Below are positions 7,368 to 15,206 of a stretch of 64,000 nt of DNA, in pieces. This stretch comes from Candidatus Limnocylindria bacterium (lineage in GTDB: Bacteria > Patescibacteriota > Saccharimonadia > Saccharimonadales > JAGQNK01): positions 2,131 to 66,130 of the forward strand of contig DATHJH010000004.1 of the NCBI GenBank assembly GCA_035489815.1. The letters are read 5' to 3'. Both the position numbers and the translations under genes were made by a program. Each line of letters starts with the position of its first letter. Position 1 is the first letter of the stretch. The notes below the pieces were generated by a model. That model made no database searches. It worked only from the letters and a program-made list of their open reading frames with translations, and was not told the origin of the DNA.

Positions 7368-8891
7368 ATGACCGAAAGTGGCTTGGTAGAGCAGCCGAAC
7401 TCTCTGAATGACAAAAACTTTGCTGCTGAAATTCAGGAGCTGGAGCGTCTTTTTGCGCCCGGCTGCCGTCCCGAATCATCACTAGAACCCCGTCCAGCTA
7501 GCTTGTCCTGCGAAAGCCGGCGATTGGATGAATCTCCTTTAGAACACGCTCATAGCAAGCATGGTACCGCGCATGACACGCCTCATCTGCATAATCACCC
7601 GCATAACGAAACGTTGAGCGTCAGCGACCCCAACATCCGTACCGGGATCAAGGATCGGATTACCTACGGCGTAGCTGCGATTGGTTCGCTGGCGCTCAGC
7701 GCGTTCGAGCTTAAAACGGGCGTTGCCCGTGATGCGCTGGGCGTGGTCATGGATAGCCTGCACAACGTTGGCGACGCCCTGGCTTATGGCCTGCAGGCTG
7801 TTGCTTTAGCCGCAGAAGGAAAAATCACCGAAACAAACAAAGAAACTTCGGCCCACCGGAAGTGGCGAAAGGCCGCCGCGGCAGCCATAGGCATAGCGGC
7901 CGGTGCTTCTTTACTCCATACCGGGTTCCATACTGGGGAATTTATCGGCGATGCCGCAGATGAGCCTCGGCAGTTGCTTCATATGGGGCTGGAGACAAGC
8001 AATCTCCTGCCGGTGGCAGTCGGTGCGGCAGGCAACTTTGGTATCAGTGAGTGGATGATCCGCCGCACAGCAAATAACCACACCGTACACCAAGAAGCTG
8101 TAGAACATGCCGAGATTGACCGCAAGACATCGTTCAAACTACTTGCTACCGCGCTCATCCCCTCGGCCTTCCTGCGGCCGGTGGCAGAGATTGGGGTTGG
8201 GGTCTGGTACAGCCTAAAGAGCCGCCATTTGGCTCAGCGTATGTGGCGCAGCCCGGATGCAACTCATGAACATGAGCATGGAGGTCGCCATTCTGAACCT
8301 CACGGTGACGACGAGACACATGCAGAACTCCCGCTGCACAGACACAACAGCCTAAAGGATAAGATCAAGCTTCTACGGACTTCCGCAAAAACCAAGGCAA
8401 TAATCGGAATATCGGGTCTGGCGCCTCGAAAGGTGCTCACCAAAGAAGATGCTGCGGGCGAACGCAGGGTAAGCCGGGGGCGGGTGATGTTGGCCGGGCT
8501 GGGCAGCTTGGCTATGGGTGCGCTGGGCTTGTACACGATCCAAAAATTTGGGCTAGGGTTTGACCATCAGTCACTGGGAGGACGCCACATGGCCAACCAT
8601 CAGTGGGGCGGCTCCAGGGTACTGGGTCAGATGCCAACTGGTGTGCCGTTGCCAAAACAACCAACCACCCCAGATCTGCCGACCATAGTAAGGCTCCGTC
8701 CAGGAGACAACCCTTGGAAGCTTGTTGGCGAACACGCAGACCGGCTTGGCATCCACCTGACGCTCGGACAACACGATGCCTGGGTAGATGCAACCCGAGA
8801 GGCGAGCGGTCATATGAGTGAACAGGATGCCACACGGTTGCCAGTCAGCTCAATCTTACACATACCCGATCCAGGAGTCATTAACTTATAG
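7368..8891 (+). CDS. His-rich polytopic membrane protein with a weak cation-efflux-like signature and a LysM-like C-terminus
   Basis: His-rich tracts (HAHSKHGTAHDTPHLHNHPHNE; THEHEHGGRHSEPHGDDETHAELPLHRH). The segment VVMDSLHNVGDALAYGL resembles the CDF TM2 DSLxD motif. Several hydrophobic helices are present. Start chosen at MTESGL (7368); the ORF track begins at 7314. Confidence 0.55.
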   Translation: MTESGLVEQPNSLNDKNFAAEIQELERLFAPGCRPESSLEPRPASLSCESRRLDESPLEHAHSKHGTAHDTPHLHNHPHNETLSVSDPNIRTGIKDRITYGVAAIGSLALSAFELKTGVARDALGVVMDSLHNVGDALAYGLQAVALAAEGKITETNKETSAHRKWRKAAAAAIGIAAGASLLHTGFHTGEFIGDAADEPRQLLHMGLETSNLLPVAVGAAGNFGISEWMIRRTANNHTVHQEAVEHAEIDRKTSFKLLATALIPSAFLRPVAEIGVGVWYSLKSRHLAQRMWRSPDATHEHEHGGRHSEPHGDDETHAELPLHRHNSLKDKIKLLRTSAKTKAIIGISGLAPRKVLTKEDAAGERRVSRGRVMLAGLGSLAMGALGLYTIQKFGLGFDHQSLGGRHMANHQWGGSRVLGQMPTGVPLPKQPTTPDLPTIVRLRPGDNPWKLVGEHADRLGIHLTLGQHDAWVDATREASGHMSEQDATRLPVSSILHIPDPGVINL

Positions 8892-8915
8892 CATCAGGCA
8901 CTCTTGTTGTGTAAG

Positions 8916-8952
8916 TTGCAATAACGACTAAAATTGCGACTAATTTGCAGAG
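8916..8952. promoter_or_regulatory. Candidate Fur-family operator, site B, upstream of the ZIP transporter
   Basis: Same architecture as site A. Candidate -10 elements TATACT (8967-8972) and TATAAC (8979-8984) follow it. Confidence 0.5.
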
Positions 8953-8995
8953 TTCGTCAGACTCACTATACTTGCTGGTATAACATACAAGGAAC

Positions 8996-9874
8996 ATGAA
9001 CATGGCAAACTACTGGCAGGTATTATTTTTTTCACTGGTTGGCGGTGTATTTTCACTGGTTGGCGGCATGCTGCTTTTAAGCCGCAAAAAAACGGCAGAA
9101 GCGCTGGCCCGCTACTCGACACCTTTTGCAGCCGGGGCCTTGCTGGCGGCAGCGTTTTTTGACCTGCTGCCGGAATCCCTGCATGAGCTGGACGCAGAGA
9201 TAGCCGCCAGATGGATTTTGGGCGGTATGGTGCTGTTTTTTCTACTGGAGCATTTCCTGCACTGGTTTCATCACCATCATGAACATGATGGCAAACACAG
9301 TCAGGTCAGTTCACCGGCGCCGCTCATTATTGCTGGCGACAGTATTCATAATCTTCTGGACGGTGTTGCCATTGGTGCAGCCTTTCTGATCGACGTACCA
9401 ACCGGTATCGTTGCTGCAATTGCGGTGGCTGCCCATGAAATCCCGCAGGAGATCGGCGATTTTGGCCTGCTGCTAAAGTTCGGCTATGCCAGGCGAAGGG
9501 TGATACTTATTAATGTACTAAGCGCCTTGACGTCTACAATAGGCGCACTCGTGACCTTCTGGCTGGGATCGGAATCAGAATTGCCGGTGGGCGCGCTGCT
9601 GGCCGTCACGGCCGGTATGTTTATATACATTGCTTCCAGCGATTTGATCCCGACTATTCATGAGGAATCTAAGCGTAAGGTCGGCCACCTCGCAGCAGCG
9701 TTACTCATTGCAGGTATAGTGGTGATTGGTATCACCACGACGGTAGCACACCAATACATTGACACCGGTCATGCCGAAGAAGAAGCCAGCGCGCATGTCG
9801 AGGGAGCTCACTATGACACAGGGATGGAAGACCATCCTGGTCATGACGAGGCCTACGATGGTCATAGCCAGTAG
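8996..9874 (+). CDS. ZIP-family divalent metal (zinc) transporter
   Basis: HNLLDGVAIGAAF and AVAAHEIPQEIGDFGLL are the ZIP signature helices. The loop WFHHHHEHDGKH is His-rich. Confidence 0.85.
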   Translation: MNMANYWQVLFFSLVGGVFSLVGGMLLLSRKKTAEALARYSTPFAAGALLAAAFFDLLPESLHELDAEIAARWILGGMVLFFLLEHFLHWFHHHHEHDGKHSQVSSPAPLIIAGDSIHNLLDGVAIGAAFLIDVPTGIVAAIAVAAHEIPQEIGDFGLLLKFGYARRRVILINVLSALTSTIGALVTFWLGSESELPVGALLAVTAGMFIYIASSDLIPTIHEESKRKVGHLAAALLIAGIVVIGITTTVAHQYIDTGHAEEEASAHVEGAHYDTGMEDHPGHDEAYDGHSQ

Positions 9875-9907
9875 CCGGCTGGCCCTCGATCAGATATAAT
9901 CAGGCTA

Positions 9908-11101
9908 ATGATTATCGTGGTCATCATTTTGGGGGTGCTCAACCTGGTTGGGCTGGTCTATCTGGCAACACGCAAGAGCGGGGCCGGGCTGGACGGCTCT
10001 TTGCGGGAAGAGTTTGCCCTCAGCCGCAAAGAGTTCTCTGCTGCCAATAAAGACTTGCGGCTGGAGCTCACCGACCAGCTGGAACGCTTGCGGGACAAAA
10101 ACGATAACAAGCTGGAGCACATCCGCAAAACCGTAGAAGGCCGGCTGGAGTCGCTCCAAAAAGACAACGCCGAAAAACTGGAAAAAATGCGTGCCACCGT
10201 GGATGAAAAGCTCCAAAGCACCCTGGAAAAACGCTTGGGTGCCAGTTTTAAACTAGTCAGCGAACGGCTGGAACAAGTTCATAAAGGCCTTGGCGAAATG
10301 CAAGGCTTGGCCACTGATGTGAGTGATTTCAAGCGTGTGTTGACCAACGTCAAAACCCGCGGCACCTGGGGTGAAGTCCAGTTGGAAAACTTGCTGGAAC
10401 AAATTTTTGTGCGTGACCACTATGACAAGCAGGTCATGCTCCGCCCGGGCAGCCAGGATCAAGTAGATTTTTGTATCAAGCTGCCGGACAAAAGTTCCGC
10501 CAAAGGCTTTATCTACCTGCCGATCGACGCCAAGTTCCCGCTTGAGGACTACCAGCGGCTGGTGGCAGCCCAGGAAAAAGGCGACCTGGAAGGCGTCACT
10601 GCAGCAACCAAGGGCCTGGTAACCCGTGTCAAGCTAGAAGCCAAGTCCATCAAGGAAAAATACATTATTCCTCCCAAAACAACCGACTTTGCAGTGTTGT
10701 ATGTGCCGATTGAAGGCATGTACGCCGAGGTGTTGCGCCAACCTGGCCTGTTTGAGCACCTACAGCATGATTACCGCGTAACCGTGGCTGGGCCCACCAC
10801 TATCGCCGCTATTCTGAACAGCTACCAGCTGGGTTTCCGCACCCTGGCCATTGCCGAACAAACCAGCCAGGTATGGGAGCTGTTGACCACCATCAAGGGA
10901 GAATTTGGCAAGTTTGGCGATCTGCTGGACAAAACGCGGGACAAGCTGGTGCAAGCTACCAGGACCATAGACTCGGCCAGCACTAAAAGCCGGACCATCG
11001 AACGCAAACTGGGCAAAGTGCAGAAATTGGCGGACAAAGCCACTGAAGAGGCCACGGAAACAGCCGAAGAGACAAAATTATTAGACGGATTGGAGGAATA
11101 A
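9908..11101 (+). CDS. rmuC: DNA recombination protein RmuC
   Basis: N-terminal TM helix and a long coiled coil. The C-terminal nuclease-like region (LPIDAKFPLEDYQRL...FAVLYVPIEGMY) is typical of RmuC. Confidence 0.8.
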   Translation: MIIVVIILGVLNLVGLVYLATRKSGAGLDGSLREEFALSRKEFSAANKDLRLELTDQLERLRDKNDNKLEHIRKTVEGRLESLQKDNAEKLEKMRATVDEKLQSTLEKRLGASFKLVSERLEQVHKGLGEMQGLATDVSDFKRVLTNVKTRGTWGEVQLENLLEQIFVRDHYDKQVMLRPGSQDQVDFCIKLPDKSSAKGFIYLPIDAKFPLEDYQRLVAAQEKGDLEGVTAATKGLVTRVKLEAKSIKEKYIIPPKTTDFAVLYVPIEGMYAEVLRQPGLFEHLQHDYRVTVAGPTTIAAILNSYQLGFRTLAIAEQTSQVWELLTTIKGEFGKFGDLLDKTRDKLVQATRTIDSASTKSRTIERKLGKVQKLADKATEEATETAEETKLLDGLEE

Positions 11102-11102
11102 C

Positions 11103-11777
11103 ATGCCGGCTAAAAAAACAGCAAAGGTAGCTCAGCCCACAAATCTAAAAGTTGCAGCTAGTAGCACGCCAGGTGTGCCAACCCGGACACCGGGCAAACT
11201 GCAAAAATATTTCCCCTGGGCGCTTGTCACCGGCGGACTGATTGGCCTGGTAGCCGCGTTTGTACTGATGGTAGAAAAGGTTGCGGTGCTGAAAGATCCC
11301 ACCCATGTGCCTTCCTGCAATATCAACCCTATCCTGGCCTGCGGTTCGGTTATTGACACGCCGCAGGCAAGTGCCTTTGGCTTTCCTAACCCCATGCTGG
11401 GGCTCATTGGCTTTACAGCCGTCATTGTCGTAGGCGTCAGTTTGCTTGCCGGCATGCGGATTGCCAAAGCCTGGTACTGGCGGACGTTCTGGGCAGGCAC
11501 TATCTTTGGCGTTGGGTTTATTCACTGGCTGTTTTTTCAAAGCGTTTACCGGATTGGCGCACTCTGCCCCTACTGCATGGCAGTCTGGGTCGTAACCATT
11601 CCGATTTTTTGGTACACAACCCTTTGGATGTTCCGGGAAGGACACTTACCCACACCCCGGGGCTGGGACAGGACGGTTGCCTTTGCCACCGTTAATCACC
11701 TGGGCATTCTGCTAAGCTGGTACCTTGTAATCATTGGGCTCATCCTGTATCACTTTTGGTACTATTTTGGCATATGA
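11103..11777 (+). CDS. Vitamin K epoxide reductase (VKOR) family membrane protein
   Basis: The Cys pair C..N....C in the first loop (SCNINPILACGSV), the CxxC motif (CPYC) in a TM helix, and four or five TM segments. Confidence 0.8.
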   Translation: MPAKKTAKVAQPTNLKVAASSTPGVPTRTPGKLQKYFPWALVTGGLIGLVAAFVLMVEKVAVLKDPTHVPSCNINPILACGSVIDTPQASAFGFPNPMLGLIGFTAVIVVGVSLLAGMRIAKAWYWRTFWAGTIFGVGFIHWLFFQSVYRIGALCPYCMAVWVVTIPIFWYTTLWMFREGHLPTPRGWDRTVAFATVNHLGILLSWYLVIIGLILYHFWYYFGI

Positions 11778-11799
11778 GGAACCCCGAACGGGTTCCTCA
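11775..11799 (+). terminator. Hairpin starting at the VKOR stop codon (10-bp stem tgaggaaccc/gggttcctca)
   Basis: Perfect stem with a 5-nt loop and no obvious U-tract. It shares GGAACCC/GGGTTCC arms with the hairpin at 11921-11941. Confidence 0.4.
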
Positions 11800-11977
11800 C
11801 CCCACCCCGTGAAACAGGTTTGACGGGGACCCGGACAAGAGCGTAGTTTTTTGATGTGGGAAATGTGTTTGGCAGCATAAGCGATTTGTGCTACCATTTA
11901 GCACTTGAGCGCACATATCTGGAACCCATTTAGTGGGTTCCGAAGCGTTTTATTACTGTAAAAAAAGGACGTAAAAC

Positions 11978-12313
11978 ATGTCAGATACGGGTCCAAATAG
12001 CGGCGGCTTTCCAGGGGATGGTGAACCGGATATTATGATGTCACATCTATGGGTTGGCGGGGAAGCGTTTCCTGACGATGGCGCAAACTATCAGGGTTTA
12101 TATGATGTAGACCCAGGGCAGCCAAATGGTGCTTGGGCGGGGGACGGCCAGACAGCGCCGTCAACCACCTGGGACGTTGTGCTGGCGCGGTCTCGAAAGT
12201 CGGCAGATCAAGCAGCAAAAGACCATGGGTCTTTCCTTTCGGAAGCCGATCAAATTGGTCCTCTCCCAGACTGCCCGGAATGGGGCTACGGTCCTACCAT
12301 ATATGATGCGTAG
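11978..12313 (+). CDS. Small acidic Gly/Pro/Asp-rich hypothetical protein (111 aa)
   Basis: ORF in an otherwise empty region. The N-terminal GGFPGDGEPD resembles GGFSEDESGDSD in ORF 12693. Confidence 0.45.
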   Translation: MSDTGPNSGGFPGDGEPDIMMSHLWVGGEAFPDDGANYQGLYDVDPGQPNGAWAGDGQTAPSTTWDVVLARSRKSADQAAKDHGSFLSEADQIGPLPDCPEWGYGPTIYDA

Positions 12314-12359
12314 GCCAAGTTCCGGTCAGGTGCTAAACGGGTAATGACAGGGAGCCGAC

Positions 12360-12674
12360 ATGAATGAAGCAGGTGTGCCAGATAGTATGATTGAAGCGCT
12401 GTTCGGTATTGGCAATAAAGAGACAGACGAGGACGACATGTTAGCAACGGTATGGCCGACAGAGCTTCATCCCGCGTTTCTGAATACCAACAAGGTAGAT
12501 GAAGATGACCAGATGACAGAGGAGATTCCCGTAGAAACAACCCCCTTGCAGGGAAGCTCTCAGGCAGAATCATCCTTTACACGGCTTGATGTGCCTGCTA
12601 AGCACTGGACACGTCTGGCGGGTTTAAGTGAAACGGCCAGCCAGCCAAATACCTTGAACCCGGAAGAACGCTAA
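12360..12674 (+). CDS. Small acidic hypothetical protein (104 aa)
   Basis: Same-strand ORF between two similar acidic ORFs. No domain recognised. Confidence 0.4.
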   Translation: MNEAGVPDSMIEALFGIGNKETDEDDMLATVWPTELHPAFLNTNKVDEDDQMTEEIPVETTPLQGSSQAESSFTRLDVPAKHWTRLAGLSETASQPNTLNPEER

Positions 12675-12692
12675 GGCCGGAGAACCGATTTT

Positions 12693-12968
12693 ATGCCCGC
12701 ATCAAATTTTTATGGAGGCTTCTCAGAGGATGAGTCAGGTGATAGTGACTTTGGCATGCATGCGCTCGGCTGGGAGCCGACTGACCCCAAAGGAGGAGAC
12801 GCCGTGCTTAGTCTGCTTATGTTTAGCGATCCACCTGCTGATGGAGCTCCTCCGGGGATAACTGCTGACCAGTGGAAATCGGCTCAGGCTTCAGCCAGTG
12901 AACTCGGCCTACCGTTCACTTTTGGTCCGGCTTTTGGTCCGGAAGATGGGCCAGAAGATCAATGGTAA
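12693..12968 (+). CDS. Small acidic hypothetical protein (91 aa), distant paralog of 11978..12313
   Basis: Shares the N-terminal GGF-acidic motif. Its 3' end overlaps the 3' end of the convergent glycosidase gene by about 50 nt. Confidence 0.4.
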   Translation: MPASNFYGGFSEDESGDSDFGMHALGWEPTDPKGGDAVLSLLMFSDPPADGAPPGITADQWKSAQASASELGLPFTFGPAFGPEDGPEDQW

Positions 12969-14271
12969 GCGCAGCAGTCCAGGAGAAGTTTTCCGCCCCG
13001 GAGGGCGACCCGTCCAGCGGGCTGAAGTATTCGTAAAAGCCAGATTGCTTGACCATCTCTATCGTTGATTCTGTGAGGGCGGCAGCATGATCCTCAAACC
13101 CATAACGTCTCAGCCCATCAATAATCAGCCAGTTGGTATTAACCCAGCTGGGTCCCTGCCAATAGCAATGGGGATTAAAATAGCTGCTGTTCAGCGGCGC
13201 GCTGGGCACCGGGTAATGGGCGCCAAACTGGTGCTCGTCCTCCAGCAGCTTAACCAACTGTTTGGCCCGTTCTTTGGTGACCGACCCGGCATACAGCGGC
13301 ATAAGCGTGCCGATGCTGGGTACTTTCAGCAGCCGATGGGATACAAACTCTCTGGAGTAATACTGTGAAGTGTATGGGTCCCACAGACCTTCGAAAGTTT
13401 GCTCGGTTTTCTTCATCCGGGTCAGGAGGTCCTCTGGCAATTCTTTGCGAATGGTTTTGGCGATCTGTACCAGATGCTGGTTGGCCCGTATGAATATAGC
13501 GTTAAAGCTGACGTCTTCTATGGCAAACAGCGAATGGGACAGAATACGCTTAATGTCGTAGTTTTTGCGGCGCAGGCGGCGCTGGGTACTGTACAGTGCC
13601 AGAGCGTCAATGGTCCGCATGCGCTGTTCGGCCGGAATGAGTTTGGTGTCCCGGCGGAAAAAGTTAATGATTGGCGAAAGCTTTAGTTTGCCCACGGCTT
13701 GAATCCAGAGCGGCATCTGGTGATCCTCCAGCTCGCTTACCCAAGGCGGCGTATTGTCCAGGCCTGTTTCCCACGGATGGACCAGCAGCACAAGCCCCTC
13801 GCCATGTGGATCCCGCTCCGTATACAGCCATTGGTGATAGGCCAGTAGCGCCGGAAAAACGGCCAGGTACCAGCTGCGGCGTTCGGGTTTTGTCAGCTTT
13901 TCGCCAATCCGCACTACAGCCTCGGCGACGATTGGCGGCTGGGTAATACCGCTGGTACTCAGGTCATCCGGTGCGTTGGGGTTCAGCCAGCTGCGCCAGA
14001 TATTGGCATCGCGGTCATGGCGGCCTCCGCTCAGGATCATATTTGGCATCATGCCGTTGGCCCATTGTCCAGCCAGGAGGCTGAGTATCTCGGTCTTGGC
14101 CCGGTCCACATCATAATGCCTCCGGCCAATGGCCACAAAGCAGCTGTCCCACAGCCATTGGTGCGGATAGAGGTGACTGTTAGCTGGTGCCGTATAAATG
14201 CCGCGGTCGTTCAATTCCAGAACTGTCTTGGCCGCTTCTAACAAATTATCAGTTGTCTGTTTTTCATCCAT
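12916..14271 (-). CDS. (alpha/alpha)6-barrel glycoside hydrolase, GH63 / MGH1-like (glycogen-debranching or trehalase-like fold)
   Basis: HLYPHQWLWDSCFVAIG, HPWETGLDN and YWQGPSWVNTNWLIIDGLRRYG are typical of this hydrolase class. Start set to MDEKQ (14271); the ORF track begins at 14316. Confidence 0.7.
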   Translation of the reverse strand: MDEKQTTDNLLEAAKTVLELNDRGIYTAPANSHLYPHQWLWDSCFVAIGRRHYDVDRAKTEILSLLAGQWANGMMPNMILSGGRHDRDANIWRSWLNPNAPDDLSTSGITQPPIVAEAVVRIGEKLTKPERRSWYLAVFPALLAYHQWLYTERDPHGEGLVLLVHPWETGLDNTPPWVSELEDHQMPLWIQAVGKLKLSPIINFFRRDTKLIPAEQRMRTIDALALYSTQRRLRRKNYDIKRILSHSLFAIEDVSFNAIFIRANQHLVQIAKTIRKELPEDLLTRMKKTEQTFEGLWDPYTSQYYSREFVSHRLLKVPSIGTLMPLYAGSVTKERAKQLVKLLEDEHQFGAHYPVPSAPLNSSYFNPHCYWQGPSWVNTNWLIIDGLRRYGFEDHAAALTESTIEMVKQSGFYEYFSPLDGSPSGAENFSWTAALTIDLLAHLPDQKPDQK

Positions 14272-14344
14272 CTTGAGGATTAGTATACTGCTTATGTCCC
14301 CGTGGTAACAGAGCACTCAATTCTACTATGTCGTAGGCCAAAGA

Positions 14345-14390
14345 AACTGTACTCTAAATATGTCCGGCCGGACAGGTTTTGAGTACAGTT
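14345..14390. repeat. Family A palindrome, copy 2 (imperfect)
   Basis: The sequence is aactgtactctaaatatgtccggccggacaggttttgagtacagtt. It has the same core as copy 1 and lies just 3' of the yajQ-like gene. Confidence 0.8.
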
Positions 14391-14415
14391 TGGCACCATG
14401 ACTGATCGAACTCTG

Positions 14416-14913
14416 CTATCGATAATTTGTGAAGTTCAGCGGGAAGTCGAAGTCCTTTGACTTTATAAGCTGCATGACGGCCTGCAGGTCGTCTTTGCTG
14501 CCGCTCATAACGCGTACGGCATCGCCCTGAATTTGCGTCTTGATCTTGGGCAGTTCATCCCGGATGAGCTTGGTCAGCTGTTTGGCTTTGTCCTGGTCCA
14601 GGCCTTGTTTAAACAGTACTTCTTTGGTGGTCTTCAGATTGCTGGTCACGGATTCTTTAGAGGCATCCAGGACTTTTTGCGATTGCCCGCGGGTGGCCAG
14701 TTTTTTACGAAAGATATCCAGGATTGCGTCTATTTGCCAGTCGCCGCTGCCCGTCACTTTGATGCCGGTTTTCTCTGCATTCAGCCACTCCAGCTCTGCC
14801 GGAGTGCCCTTAAAGTCGTAACGGCTGGTGATCTCCCGCTGTGTTTGGTCAAAGACGTTGTTCATCTCTGCCTTGTCGTATTCCGAAACAATATCAAATG
14901 AAAAGTTAGCCAT
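14416..14913 (-). CDS. yajQ: YajQ-family nucleotide / cyclic-di-GMP-binding protein (UPF0234)
   Basis: MANFSFDIVSEYDKAEMNNVFDQTQREITSRYDFKG...NFTNYR matches the YajQ family end to end. Start at MANFSF (14913). Confidence 0.85.
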   Translation of the reverse strand: MANFSFDIVSEYDKAEMNNVFDQTQREITSRYDFKGTPAELEWLNAEKTGIKVTGSGDWQIDAILDIFRKKLATRGQSQKVLDASKESVTSNLKTTKEVLFKQGLDQDKAKQLTKLIRDELPKIKTQIQGDAVRVMSGSKDDLQAVMQLIKSKDFDFPLNFTNYR

Positions 14914-14967
14914 GGTTAGTAGGTTAGTTTTACTCCAGTTGCTTCTGCCACTTTTATGATCCATTGC

Positions 14968-15162
14968 TCAAGTCGATCTACCTTGTGCGCCAGCATCATC
15001 ATCTCCTGCATATACTACATCGGCCTTTTTGGCATACGCATCCACTGCGTTTGTTAGTGTGTCCAACTCTTTTTTTGTCGCCGTTTGCTCAAGCTGATCG
15101 TTTACCTTTTTGAACTCCACCTGCATATACTTGAAAAGCTTGGTAAATTGATCTTCACTCAT
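14968..15162 (-). CDS. Small coiled-coil hypothetical protein (64 aa)
   Basis: Starts at MSEDQFTKLFKYMQ. TACAAT (minus strand, 15174-15169) lies 6 nt upstream of ATG 15162. The ORF-track extension to 15315 would run through the pheS promoter and start. Confidence 0.4.
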   Translation of the reverse strand: MSEDQFTKLFKYMQVEFKKVNDQLEQTATKKELDTLTNAVDAYAKKADVVYAGDDDAGAQGRST

Positions 15163-15206
15163 TTGTCTATTGTAACACCCATCTATAGGATATAATGAAA
15201 CGCAAT

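Noticed and set aside
9905-10221. Minus-strand ORFs 9905..10216 and 9958..10221
   Set aside because: They are antisense to the coiled-coil region of rmuC. Repetitive Glu/Lys/Leu codons on the sense strand generate long open antisense frames.
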